In this document: one piece after another, positions 28,617 to 38,233 of the stretch
How positions within the stretch are numbered: position 1 is the stretch's first letter
Layout of the letters: each line of letters opens with the position of its first letter
Source of the DNA: Planctomycetota bacterium
GTDB lineage: Bacteria > Planctomycetota > Phycisphaerae > SM23-33
Assembly: GCA_030635145.1 (NCBI GenBank)
Contig: DAOVZK010000003.1
Coordinates: 38,732 to 102,731 of the forward strand
Direction of reading: 5' to 3'
Length of the DNA: 64,000 nt
The notes under the pieces: generated by a model
What the model was told of the DNA's origin: nothing
Databases searched by the model: none
What the model saw: only the letters and a program-made list of their open reading frames with translations
Position numbers and translations under genes: made by a program

Positions 28617-29759
28617 TTATTCGTCTTCGATGGACGCCAAAATGCGGAGGTAGCTTTCGAAGCGGCGTGGGAGAATTTCCCCAGACTCAGCGGCGGCGAT
28701 GACGGCACATTGGGGTTCGTGGGTGTGCGAGCAGTTACGAAATTTACAACCGGCGGAAAACTGTTCGATTTCCGGGAAGTACCAGGAAAGCTCCTCGGGC
28801 TTGAGGCCAACGCCAAGCTCGCGAATTCCGGGCGTGTCGATCAGAAGTCCCCCGCCCGGTAAGTCGTAGATGACTGATTGCGACGTGGTATGCCGCCCTC
28901 GTTGATCCTTCTCGCGAACTTCCCGCGTCGCGGCCTCGACATCCGGGAGCATCGCGTTTACAAGCGAGGTTTTTCCCACACCCGATGCCCCGGTAAACAC
29001 GCTTCGCTTGCCGGTCAGCTCAGCTGCCAGTGCGTCAAGCCCCTCGCCGGTTTCGGCAGAACATTTCAGCACCTTTACGCCTTGTGCAGCAACGTCCTCG
29101 ATGATTTCTTCGTCGCCGCTGTCGAGATCGATTTTGTTGACCACCAGCAGCGGAATTAGCTCGCCGCGCTCGGCAATGATCAAAAATCGGTCGATCAGCC
29201 CGCGACGCATCGGGGGTTTGACGGTGGCTGATACGATCAGCAACACGTCGACGTTGGCGGCGATGACCTTGTGGAAAATTTCGGTATCGTAACTTTCGCG
29301 CCGTTTACCGCTACGAGGTTCGGGGCGTACCAATAGTGTGCGGCGTGGCGAGCGAGACAGAATCATTCCGTCCATGCGGTTGCGGTCGAGGTGCGTTTGG
29401 CCCTGCATATGCTCCTTACGCGTCAGGGCAATGGTTACGTCGTCCCCGACGGCAAGCGGTGTGGTGTTTTCCGCGCCGTCTGGTGCGCGAAAGGTTTTGG
29501 CGATCCCGCAGAACAGCTGCTCGGTGCCGACTCGAACGTAAACCCCGCGTCGAAACACGCCCGCCACAACGCCTTCGCGCTGATCCATACCCACAAGCTC
29601 ATCCGCCCCGCCGGCGGCGAAACTTCCATCACCGAGTTTTATCTCGCGCGGGGAGAATTTCTGCTTGTTGGCTGCTACGTCCTCGACATCTTCGCCGGAT
29701 TCGTACCGCACCTGCCAGTCTTTAACGCGGCGTTTGGATTTTCCTTTGTGTTTAGCCAT
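28617..29759 (-). CDS. rsgA: Ribosome small subunit-dependent GTPase A
   Basis: Circularly permuted GTPase order NKID...GASGVGKTS...GRHTT...DTPG; Zn site CKFRNCSHTHEPQC. Confidence 0.95.
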   Translation of the reverse strand: MAKHKGKSKRRVKDWQVRYESGEDVEDVAANKQKFSPREIKLGDGSFAAGGADELVGMDQREGVVAGVFRRGVYVRVGTEQLFCGIAKTFRAPDGAENTTPLAVGDDVTIALTRKEHMQGQTHLDRNRMDGMILSRSPRRTLLVRPEPRSGKRRESYDTEIFHKVIAANVDVLLIVSATVKPPMRRGLIDRFLIIAERGELIPLLVVNKIDLDSGDEEIIEDVAAQGVKVLKCSAETGEGLDALAAELTGKRSVFTGASGVGKTSLVNAMLPDVEAATREVREKDQRGRHTTSQSVIYDLPGGGLLIDTPGIRELGVGLKPEELSWYFPEIEQFSAGCKFRNCSHTHEPQCAVIAAAESGEILPRRFESYLRILASIEDE

Positions 29760-29779
29760 GGTTTGTGTCTGCTGCTGCG

Positions 29780-31180
29780 TTAGACCAGATATCGTTTATC
29801 TTTTCGCTGGTACGGTCTGATTTTAGCAGCCATGTCTTCGTATCCTTCGCGATTCATCAGGGCAAAGGTCGCTTGCTTGCCCAGCTCGACGGCGGGTTGG
29901 TCGTAGGCGTTGATGTTCATCAGCTCGCCCATAATCGACGTGGTAAATTCGTAGAGATACAAAAACTCGCCGATATGCTTGGCGTTGATTTCGGGGAAAG
30001 TAATCGTAACGCTGGGGCGTTGTGAGACCACCATCGCATATTCCGTAGCCTCTTTTTCGCACGCCAGAAGTTTCGACAGCCTCTGTTTACGCAGGTACGT
30101 CAATCCCGGAATAGACTCGAAATCGTCGGGAATTCTGATATCGCGCGGATGTTTTTTGACATCGAGAAACACGGTTAGTTTGTCGTTAGGCCCTTCGCGG
30201 TACAGCTGCACCTGCGAATGCTGATCCGTCGCGCCCAGCGCCTTGATCGGCGTAGGGCCGGTAAAGATTTCGTTCCCGTCGCGGTCGAACTGTTTCCCGA
30301 GCGACTCTGCCCACAGCTGCCGATACCAGTCGGCGAGCATGTAGAGGCGATTGGAGTACGGCATCATCACGTGCATGGATTTGTTCTTCTCGGTGTAGGC
30401 GATGTACTTGATGGCTGCGAGAATCGTCGCCGGATTCTGCATAATGTCCATAACCTCCACTCGCTGCCGCATGGCCTCAGCCCCGGCGAGCAGTTCGTCG
30501 ATATCAATGTTGCACATCGCCGCCGAGAAAAGCCCCACCGGCGACAGCACGCTGAATCGTCCGCCAACGTCGCCCGGAACCGGCAGCATCGCGAACCCGT
30601 CAGTCTTGGCGATATCGTGCAGCGTGCCTTTTTCCATGTCGGTGGTGGCTACGATGCGGTCTGCCCAATTACCCCGGAGCTTCTTGCGAAGTATATCGCG
30701 AACGATCATAAACTGCGAGGCCGTCTCAGCTGTCTCGCCCGACTTGCTGATAACGTTAAACAACGTCGTGCCAAGCCGCCGCGAAACCTGCTTCAGCACA
30801 TCGCCGACCAGCACGGGATCTACGTTATCCAGCACGTAAAGTCGCGGGCCCTTTCGGCGGCGGTCGGTCTGAAGATTGTACGTCGACGGATTCAGCGCCG
30901 TCTGCAGCGCGATGTTACCCAGCGCACTTCCGCCGATTCCCAACAACACCATGTCGGTAGTATTGTCCTTGTAGCGATCGACGAGGGTTTGCACCTGCTG
31001 TTTATATTCGGTATTGCCCGGCAGCGCGGCGTACCCGAGCTTACCTTCGCGGGATGCGGTTACGACCGCTTTGTGCGCTCGCTTCAGCGGACCTTCAATC
31101 GTGCTAAGGTCGGTCGGGGTTATTCCGTTTTCGGGGCCAACTACTTTGCCTGTGGCATTTTTCCAATAAAGTTGAAGCAT
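29780..31180 (-). CDS. pgi: Glucose-6-phosphate isomerase
   Basis: GIGGSALG, ISKSGETAET, VGGRFSVLS, QLWAESLGK, DQHSQVQ, YDQPAVELGK. Confidence 0.96.
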   Translation of the reverse strand: MLQLYWKNATGKVVGPENGITPTDLSTIEGPLKRAHKAVVTASREGKLGYAALPGNTEYKQQVQTLVDRYKDNTTDMVLLGIGGSALGNIALQTALNPSTYNLQTDRRRKGPRLYVLDNVDPVLVGDVLKQVSRRLGTTLFNVISKSGETAETASQFMIVRDILRKKLRGNWADRIVATTDMEKGTLHDIAKTDGFAMLPVPGDVGGRFSVLSPVGLFSAAMCNIDIDELLAGAEAMRQRVEVMDIMQNPATILAAIKYIAYTEKNKSMHVMMPYSNRLYMLADWYRQLWAESLGKQFDRDGNEIFTGPTPIKALGATDQHSQVQLYREGPNDKLTVFLDVKKHPRDIRIPDDFESIPGLTYLRKQRLSKLLACEKEATEYAMVVSQRPSVTITFPEINAKHIGEFLYLYEFTTSIMGELMNINAYDQPAVELGKQATFALMNREGYEDMAAKIRPYQRKDKRYLV

Positions 31181-31464
31181 TCGTTACCTCACATCGTTCG
31201 TTTGTGTGTTTGTACTTGTCGGCCGAGGCATACTTTAAATGTCCCGTCAGCCGCTGGCGAGTTTATTCGGTATCCTACCGATTGGCAAGGATTTCGGGGG
31301 ATATTTTACAAACTCCCCAGGGCACACACACCACGGTTGCATAATCGCGTAAGGTTCGCTCAACACCTCGGGCGCGACCAGCCGATACTATAAACAGGTG
31401 ACAGGTGCGCCGTCGGTGTGCCCGAATCGTCACGTATGTAAGGCCTTGGAACTGGAGAAAAAAA

Positions 31465-31875
31465 ATGCGTCGCTGCGTTATTATGAGTTTGGGATTAATC
31501 CTGCTGGTGGGCTGCGGTGAAGTTACAACGGTTAACTTCGTTGCCCCGAGCGGGACGAAAATGGCAATTGATGGCGAACGCTACGTCTGGCCGGTCGGGC
31601 TGGAGTTCAGCCGCCCCATGAAAGCACCAACCGAAAAAGCCTATCCGTTTACCATCTCGCTGCCGACAGATTCCGGGCTTTTGAATCTCAAGGGCACGCT
31701 GAGCATTGTGGCGTTTCCGGTGGACGATCCCGAAATGGACGCCTACGCATTTTCCAGCTTCTTTCTGACCGACGAAGACATCGCCAAGCTGCAAAAAGGC
31801 GCGGGCGTCAGAAAAGTCGGCCACTCGCAAGGGCACGGGAAGATCGTGTACCGAATTCAACTGGAAAAAGAATAG
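31465..31875 (+). CDS. Hypothetical lipoprotein
   Basis: GGAG before ATG 31465; signal peptide ending in lipobox LVGC. Confidence 0.65.
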   Translation: MRRCVIMSLGLILLVGCGEVTTVNFVAPSGTKMAIDGERYVWPVGLEFSRPMKAPTEKAYPFTISLPTDSGLLNLKGTLSIVAFPVDDPEMDAYAFSSFFLTDEDIAKLQKGAGVRKVGHSQGHGKIVYRIQLEKE

Positions 31876-31968
31876 CCCCCGCAGCCACATCGATTTGTCG
31901 TTCACGGAACTCAGGTGTGTCTGAAGTTTATTTTGAACAATCACGAAACCAATTGGTAGCTTCACAAC

Positions 31969-33156
31969 ATGGATATAATTTCAATCATTTTCGTATTTCT
32001 GTTCGGTGCATGCATCGGAAGTTTTCTTAACGTCGTAATCTGGCGGTTACCGCGCGGTGAAAGCCTCGCCTTTCCCGGTAGCCATTGCCCGTCTTGCGGC
32101 CGCGCGATAAGATGGTACGACAACGTCCCGATTCTCAGCTGGTGCATCCTCCGCGGAAAATGCCGTTTTTGCGGCGTGCAAATTTCTCCGCGATATCTCA
32201 TCGTCGAGGCCGTCACCGGATTGCTGATGGTGGGGCTTTGGGTGTGCTACTACATAATGCACGTTCGCAACGGGATCACAATATTTTCCAGCACCTGGCC
32301 GACATTTATCGCACACGCCATCCTAATCTGCGGACTGCTGGCGTGCTCGCTGATCGATATCGAAACATTCACCGTTCCGCTGGGAATCTGCTGGTTCGTG
32401 GCCTTAGTCGGGATTGTATTCGCAGCTGTGTTCCCAAACTCCGACGTTATTCCAAACATTACGCCCGCAGCTGGTGCGCTTGGAATCGGTGCAGTAGCTG
32501 GGCTGATCATCGCACTGGTACTTTTGCATCGCGGGCTGATGCAGCCGAGCTTCATCGATGCCGATTATGGGGCGAAGAACGAAAACCAAACCGACAGCGG
32601 TGATGGCAATTCGCAAAAACAACCGCGCCAGGAGCATGGCGTGGCGCTTTCGTCAAGGCATGGGATAAATCCGCGAAAGGAAATTTTGCGCGAGATTTTG
32701 TTTTTGGCACCGGCGATCATTTTGGGAATCGGGGCCTACATGCTGGTAAAACATGTGCAACCCGTAAGCGAACTCTGGACGAGCTGGCATAGCGACGCTC
32801 ACGGTAATTGGTTTGCGCGGCACTTGTGCGGTTTTGAGACGGCGTTGTTCGGATATCTTATTGGCGGATTGTGCGTGTGGGGTATGCGAATACTCGGGAC
32901 GCTCGGTTTTGGGAAAGAGGCCATGGGCATGGGCGACGTTCACATCATGGCTGCCGTCGGGGCCGTCACCGGATGGATGATTCCGACAGTGGCGTTTTTT
33001 CTGGCACCGATTTTCGGGCTGCTGTGGGCGTTTTACCTGCTGATCCGAAAAAATCAGCACGAGCTTCCGTACGGGCCATGGCTGTCGGCGGCGTCGCTGG
33101 CGGCAATGATATTTCACGATAAAATCGCAGCCTATTTCAAAAACTTTGGACACTGA
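31969..33156 (+). CDS. pilD: Prepilin peptidase / N-methyltransferase (A24)
   Basis: GSFLNVVIWRLP, SHCPSC, WYDNVPILSW, GKCRFC, LIDIE, GMGDV (catalytic Asp), LPYGPWL. Confidence 0.93.
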   Translation: MDIISIIFVFLFGACIGSFLNVVIWRLPRGESLAFPGSHCPSCGRAIRWYDNVPILSWCILRGKCRFCGVQISPRYLIVEAVTGLLMVGLWVCYYIMHVRNGITIFSSTWPTFIAHAILICGLLACSLIDIETFTVPLGICWFVALVGIVFAAVFPNSDVIPNITPAAGALGIGAVAGLIIALVLLHRGLMQPSFIDADYGAKNENQTDSGDGNSQKQPRQEHGVALSSRHGINPRKEILREILFLAPAIILGIGAYMLVKHVQPVSELWTSWHSDAHGNWFARHLCGFETALFGYLIGGLCVWGMRILGTLGFGKEAMGMGDVHIMAAVGAVTGWMIPTVAFFLAPIFGLLWAFYLLIRKNQHELPYGPWLSAASLAAMIFHDKIAAYFKNFGH

Positions 33157-33185
33157 TTCTGACATGAAAGAACGCAGGTGAGATT

Positions 33186-33518
33186 ATGACGGTAAAAGGC
33201 ATAACAGGATATGTACTGGTTGTACTGACGGGGCTTTACATGGTGGCGGCGATCACTCTGGTGCTGCTGAATATCAAGAACACGGCGAGCATCTGGTTCG
33301 GGCAAAATCTCGACGGCAGCAGTACGGGATGGGTCATGATTTTCTCGGCGTTGGTGGGATTCTCGTTCTACTGGGGCATCAAGTGGATGTTCCTGGGAAT
33401 CAAAGACATCCGCGCCGGGGCGATGCGAGACAAAGTCAATCGCGTCGGTAAGCTGGACAAGATCGCCAAGTCGAAACCAGCGGCTGCGCCATCGCCCACC
33501 GAAGAAAAACCGCAGTAA
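33186..33518 (+). CDS. Small two-TM membrane protein (LapA-like topology)
   Basis: Two hydrophobic helices and a basic C-terminal tail; fills the gap between pilD and thrC. Confidence 0.55.
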   Translation: MTVKGITGYVLVVLTGLYMVAAITLVLLNIKNTASIWFGQNLDGSSTGWVMIFSALVGFSFYWGIKWMFLGIKDIRAGAMRDKVNRVGKLDKIAKSKPAAAPSPTEEKPQ

Positions 33519-33577
33519 CTCTGCCGGGAGTTCAAAATCGGATTGGCTTTTGCCGGTAAAAATGTTAATTTGTCGCA

Positions 33578-34969
33578 ATGAAATACATATCCACACGCGG
33601 ACAAATTGAACCGACCGATTTTCAGGACGTCGTCCTTATGGGCCTTGCCGATGACGGCGGGCTGACGCTACCCGAGTCGATCCCCGACGTTTCGGCGCAG
33701 CTGGGCGAGCTGCGCGAACTTCCCTACCCGCAGCTGGCGTTTGAAATCATCAAACTCTTCGCCACCGACATTCCCGAAGACGACCTCCGCGGATTGATCG
33801 ACAAAACCTACGGTGAGCAATTCGTCGGCGGCGTGGCACCGGTCGTGCCGGTTGGCGACATTTTCATTCAGGAGCTATGGCACGGCCCAACGCTTGCGTT
33901 TAAGGATGTGGCCCTGCAGCTGCTGGGGAATCTGTTCGAGTACATCCTGGCGAAGCGAGGTGGGAAGCTGCGAATTTTAGGCGCCACCAGCGGGGATACC
34001 GGCAGCGCTGCGATTTACGGCTGCCGCAACCGCGCGGGTGTGGATATTTTCGTGATGCATCCCGACGGTCGCGTGTCGCCAATTCAGCATCGCCAGATGA
34101 CCAGCGTGCTGGACGCCAACGTGCACAACATCGCCATCGACGGTAGCTTCGACGACTGTCAGCACATCATGAAAACTATCGCCGCCGACTTGGACTTCAA
34201 ACGCGAGTACTCGCTCGGGGCCATCAACAGCGTAAACTGGGCACGCGTGCTGGGGCAGATCGTGTACTACTTTTCCGGAGCGTTTGACGTTTGCAAAGCC
34301 ACCGGCGCAGAAAAAATTCGCGTATCGGTACCGACCGGCAACTTCGGAGATATCCTCGCCGGGTGGATCGCCGTGAAAATGGGCGCACCGATCTCGCAGC
34401 TGATTCTGGCCACGAACGAAAACGACATCCTCGCACGATTCTTCAACACCGGTGAATATTCCATCAGCGAGGTATTCCAAACGCTCAGCCCGTCGATGGA
34501 CATCCAAGTCGCCAGCAACTTCGAGCGATACCTGTACTATCGCGTCGGAAGCGATCCTGCAAAACTTCGCTCGCTGATGGAAACGTTCGGTAAAACCGGG
34601 ACACTCCGCGTTGACGTCGGACTTGGTGGAACCGTGGATCACGATATCGTCTCCGACAGTGCCGAACGCGAGCAGGTAATCGACGCCATCGCACGCTACA
34701 GCGAAAAGTACAACTATACCCTCGACCCGCACACAGCCTGCGGAGTGGTGGCAGCTGAGCAGTTTGGCGCGGCCGATGGTGACCCCGTGCTGTGCCTCGC
34801 CACCGCGCACCCGGCGAAATTCCCCGAAGCTATCGAAGAGGCAACCGGGTCGGCGGCGCTGGCGAAACATCCGCAAATCGAAGCAATTATGAACCTACCC
34901 ACCCGCTGCGAAAATCTCCCCAACGATATCGACGCCGTCAAAAAATTCATCGCCGATAATGCATCGTAG
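33578..34969 (+). CDS. thrC: Threonine synthase
   Basis: MKYISTRG, GLADDGGL, ELWHGPTLAFKD (PLP Lys), ATSGDTG, SVNWAR, PTGNFG, PSMDIQVASNFER, DPHTA, ATAHPAKF. Confidence 0.97.
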   Translation: MKYISTRGQIEPTDFQDVVLMGLADDGGLTLPESIPDVSAQLGELRELPYPQLAFEIIKLFATDIPEDDLRGLIDKTYGEQFVGGVAPVVPVGDIFIQELWHGPTLAFKDVALQLLGNLFEYILAKRGGKLRILGATSGDTGSAAIYGCRNRAGVDIFVMHPDGRVSPIQHRQMTSVLDANVHNIAIDGSFDDCQHIMKTIAADLDFKREYSLGAINSVNWARVLGQIVYYFSGAFDVCKATGAEKIRVSVPTGNFGDILAGWIAVKMGAPISQLILATNENDILARFFNTGEYSISEVFQTLSPSMDIQVASNFERYLYYRVGSDPAKLRSLMETFGKTGTLRVDVGLGGTVDHDIVSDSAEREQVIDAIARYSEKYNYTLDPHTACGVVAAEQFGAADGDPVLCLATAHPAKFPEAIEEATGSAALAKHPQIEAIMNLPTRCENLPNDIDAVKKFIADNAS

Positions 34970-34990
34970 TAGGGTCGGCCATCCCCGACC
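34969..34990 (+). repeat. GTAG-type REP sequence
   Basis: GTAG followed by hairpin GGTCGG-ccatcc-CCGACC directly at the thrC stop. Confidence 0.5.
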
Positions 34991-35019
34991 ACCGGCAACG
35001 CCGGAGGTAATATCAGCGT

Positions 35020-35096
35020 TGTCATTGCGAACGTAGTGAAGCAATCTCATCTTCAGCCTTTTAGATTGCCGCGTCGCTGCGCTCCTCGCAATGACA
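35020..35096 (-). repeat. TGTCATTGCGA...TCGCAATGACA palindromic repeat, copy 2 (inverted)
   Basis: TAGATTGCCGCGTCGCTGCGCTCCTCGCAATGACA is the exact reverse complement of the left arm at 56741; lies between convergent thrC and hypE. Confidence 0.9.
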
Positions 35097-35197
35097 AACC
35101 GCGAGCCTCGGTGGCAATTATTATCCACGCCTTCGTCGCTGGCGACGGGGACCCAGTAGGGTGCAAGTCGGGAGTGACACAGGGAAAGCCAACACCA

Positions 35198-35252
35198 TTT
35201 GGATTTGGAACTTGGGTTTTCAATGGTCATTGTGGCTTGGGCATTGGTCATT
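35198..35252. repeat. TTGG-periodic half element, copy 2
   Basis: Similar to 28541-28596. Confidence 0.6.
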
Positions 35253-35258
35253 TCTGCT

Positions 35259-36281
35259 TTAGCAAATCCTTGGTAGCTCTTCACCGTATGGGCGGTTGAT
35301 CATGCGTCGGCCACCGGCGCGGGTGACGAGTTCCACGAGCGGCGGGGTGGCGCTAACGAATTTTCCGATAACGGCGGCGGATTTACCGAGCGGATGTTTG
35401 CGGGCGGCGGTGAGAATTTTTTCGGCGTCGGACTCGGCTGCGACAATTATCACTTTTCCCTCGTTGGCGATGGTCATGGGGTCTAGCCCGAGCATATCGG
35501 CGGTATTTCGCGCTACGGGCGTCAGCGGCACGGCAGCCTCGTCGACCTCCACGCTGAGTTGCGTATCTTCGGTTAAGTCGACCAGCACGCCCGAAACTCC
35601 GCCGCGCGTCGGGTCGCGAAGAAACTTCACATCCGCGCCGGTGTCGAGAATTTCACCGATCAGTCCGTTTAGCGGCGCGGCGTCGCTGACAAGATCAGTG
35701 TCGAATGCGAGTCCTTCGCGGGCGCTCATGACAGCTAACCCGTGCTCGGCGATTCCGCCGTTTACGATTATCACGTCGCCCGCGCCGATTCGCGCGGGGT
35801 TAAGATTCACACCGTCGCGCAGCTGCCCCACACCCGCCGTCGTAATTATCAGCCCGTCACCGCCCCGCCGCTCGATTACCTTCGTATCGCCGGTGACAAT
35901 ATCGACCCCCGCCTCGCGGGCAGCGAGGGCGATGGAGTCGACCATTCGTTCGAGCAGCTCAATCGAAAGCCCCTCCTCGATAACGAGCGCCAGCGAAAGC
36001 CCCAGCGGCACGGCCCCGGCCACGGCCAGGTCGTTCACCGTTCCGCAGACGGCCAGCCGTCCGATGTCACCACCGGGAAATTCCAACGGGACAACGACGA
36101 AGGCATCGGTTGTCATGCAAATCTTTCCGCCCGGGCGCGGCAGCACAGCAGAGTCGCTCAGCGGGTTGAGAAACTCGTTGCTCAGCTTCGGAATAATCCG
36201 CTCGCTTAACAGTCGCCGCGTAAGTTCGCCACCACCACCGTGGGCCATGATTATCTGATCGTTATTTGGTTGCTCTGGCAT
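35259..36281 (-). CDS. hypE: Hydrogenase maturation protein HypE
   Basis: MAHGGGG, DSAVL, TTDAFVV, GTVNDLA, VTGDTKV, RDPTRGG, ANEG, C-terminal GEELPRIC. Confidence 0.96.
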   Translation of the reverse strand: MPEQPNNDQIIMAHGGGGELTRRLLSERIIPKLSNEFLNPLSDSAVLPRPGGKICMTTDAFVVVPLEFPGGDIGRLAVCGTVNDLAVAGAVPLGLSLALVIEEGLSIELLERMVDSIALAAREAGVDIVTGDTKVIERRGGDGLIITTAGVGQLRDGVNLNPARIGAGDVIIVNGGIAEHGLAVMSAREGLAFDTDLVSDAAPLNGLIGEILDTGADVKFLRDPTRGGVSGVLVDLTEDTQLSVEVDEAAVPLTPVARNTADMLGLDPMTIANEGKVIIVAAESDAEKILTAARKHPLGKSAAVIGKFVSATPPLVELVTRAGGRRMINRPYGEELPRIC

Positions 36282-36436
36282 TACAGCTCCAAAAAAGAAA
36301 GTCGTAAATTCATTTCGCGCAGTATATCACGCTCGTCGAAGACGAACAAGCGCGGTATGGAGCGGCGCAGGCAGTGCGCATAAAAAACGGTAAGCATTCA
36401 CATTCTTTTCCTGTCAATCTGCCCAAAACATCTTTT

Positions 36437-36605
36437 TTTTGACAGGATTACAGGATTAACTATGAATTATTAAAAAGAAAACAAGAACCAAAACTATTAA
36501 CTGCCAACTGCAAACACCATTGCAACGAAGACAAATTCCTATGTAAATTAATCCTGATTAACAGGATTTTTTTGGCCTATATTCTATCCTGTGATCCTGT
36601 CAAAA
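36437..36605. repeat. TTTTGACAGGAT...ATCCTGTCAAAA inverted-repeat element (MITE-like), copy 1
   Basis: 20-bp terminal inverted repeats with 1 mismatch; the right 23 nt are identical to copy 2; contains a degenerate 5' half of the 78-nt element (about 36500-36547, minus strand). Confidence 0.8.
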
Positions 36606-36682
36606 TTCTTCTGTGAATGGTTACAAAAAACGCGACACAACCGAAGTTGCGCCGCGATTTTTGAATCGTACAATTCGAGAAT

Positions 36683-38044
36683 CTACAGCTCAGCGGCGAT
36701 TTCTTCCAGCACGCCGAGACCTTCGCGGAGGGCTTCTTCGCTGATCGTTAGCGGCGGATTGATTTTGATGGCACACCCACCAACACCGACCGGTGCGAAC
36801 AGCATTACGCCCTTCTGGATAGCCTTTTCGACCATCGTGTGGGCGAATTCGGGGTTCGGATCGCAGGTTCCCGGTTTGGTGAACTGCATCGCAACGACCA
36901 GCCCGGTACCTGCAACGTGTGTGATTTTCCCGCCCGAGGCAGCTTGGATTTTCTTAGCACCTTCGAGGAGAACCGCTTCGAGTTTGGCGGCGTTTTCGAC
37001 GAGATTTTCTTTCTCAATAACTTCGATGTTTGCCATCGCCGCCGCCGAGCAAATCGGGTTTGCCGAGTGCGTCGACGTCATCTCGCCGGGGCCGTACATG
37101 CTCATGAGTTCTTCGGTGCCAAGCACTGCCGACAGCGGCATACCGCCCGAAATGCCCTTGCCGCAGGCAACGAGATCGGGAACGATGCCGAAATGCATGA
37201 ACCCGAAAAGTTTGCCCGTTCGCCCGAACCCGGCCTGCACTTCGTCGAAGATTAGGACTGCTTCGTGCTTGTCACACCACTTGCGAAGTGCCTGTCCGTA
37301 CGCCGCCGGGAACAACGTCGCGTTGCAACCCTGATACGTTTCGCCCATTACACCGCAAACGTCATCGGGGTTTATGCCCTGATCGGCGAGCGATTTTTCG
37401 AACACGTCAAAGCTGGTGTCGGCTTGGCGGAAACCGTCGGGGAACGGAACCTGCACGAAGTCGGCGGACTCGCCCGCCCAGTCTTTAAGTCCGGGTGATC
37501 CACCGGCGAGTTGTGCACCGAGCGTTCGGCCGTGAAAATCGTTCTCGAACGTCACGATGATTTTTTTATTGGGCTTACCCGCGCGGAGCGATTTGGTCCT
37601 GGCCAGCTTGATGCAGCACTCGGTGGCCTCGGAACCGGTGGTCACGAGGAACACTCGTGCAAGCGGGGCTGGGAGCATCGAGGTGATTTTCTCGACGAGC
37701 TTGATGCGTGCCTCCGTCGGAAAGCAATACGAGTGGTACATGCCCTGATTCGCCAGGTCGGTTATGGCTTTGACGATTTCCGGCCGCCCGTGCCCGACAC
37801 TTGTAACCAAAACACCAGCCGAAAAATCCAACCACTTATTACCGTACGCGTCAGATACCGTGCAGTCGCTACCGCTGTGCCACACAACCGGGGGCTGACC
37901 GCCCATGCTGCGAGGTTCGAGGTCGCGAAGTTTTTTCATCATCGGCACCGACTCTGGTACGGGAATCTGCGTGCAGATTTTGCGATATTTCGTTTCGACG
38001 GGTTCAACCGTTACGGGCGTGAGTGAAAATTCTTTCGAAGCCAT
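36683..38044 (-). CDS. Class III PLP-dependent aminotransferase (GabT/ArgD-like)
   Basis: TTGSEATE, FHGRT, IFDEVQAGFGRTG, GKGISGGMPLS (PLP Lys), STHSANP. Confidence 0.92.
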   Translation of the reverse strand: MASKEFSLTPVTVEPVETKYRKICTQIPVPESVPMMKKLRDLEPRSMGGQPPVVWHSGSDCTVSDAYGNKWLDFSAGVLVTSVGHGRPEIVKAITDLANQGMYHSYCFPTEARIKLVEKITSMLPAPLARVFLVTTGSEATECCIKLARTKSLRAGKPNKKIIVTFENDFHGRTLGAQLAGGSPGLKDWAGESADFVQVPFPDGFRQADTSFDVFEKSLADQGINPDDVCGVMGETYQGCNATLFPAAYGQALRKWCDKHEAVLIFDEVQAGFGRTGKLFGFMHFGIVPDLVACGKGISGGMPLSAVLGTEELMSMYGPGEMTSTHSANPICSAAAMANIEVIEKENLVENAAKLEAVLLEGAKKIQAASGGKITHVAGTGLVVAMQFTKPGTCDPNPEFAHTMVEKAIQKGVMLFAPVGVGGCAIKINPPLTISEEALREGLGVLEEIAAEL

Positions 38045-38066
38045 GTTGTTATCTCCAATTCTTGGT

Positions 38067-38232
38067 AAATTCTAATCCCGAATATCGAAATCCTAAACAA
38101 ATTCAAATATCTAATTTCTAAGCGCTAAACAAGAAAGCATTGCTCCTCATTGATTTATAGCTCGCTTGTTTTGAACATTCGGATTTTAATTTTCGTATTT
38201 GTTTCGCTTTTCGATATTCGTATTTCTTATTT
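38067..38232. repeat. AT-rich heptamer-periodic inverted-repeat element, copy 2
   Basis: CGAATATCGAAATCCTAAACAA...TTGTTTCGCTTTTCGATATTCG; related to 9547-9709; fills the spacer between the oxidoreductase and the aminotransferase. Confidence 0.75.
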
Positions 38233-38233
38233 C

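Noticed and set aside
31300-31330. Possible fifth copy of the 78-nt element upstream of pgi (GGGAGTTTGTAAAATATCCCCCG on the minus strand)
   Set aside because: Only a loose ~23-nt resemblance and neither hairpin is present; not distinguishable from chance by eye.
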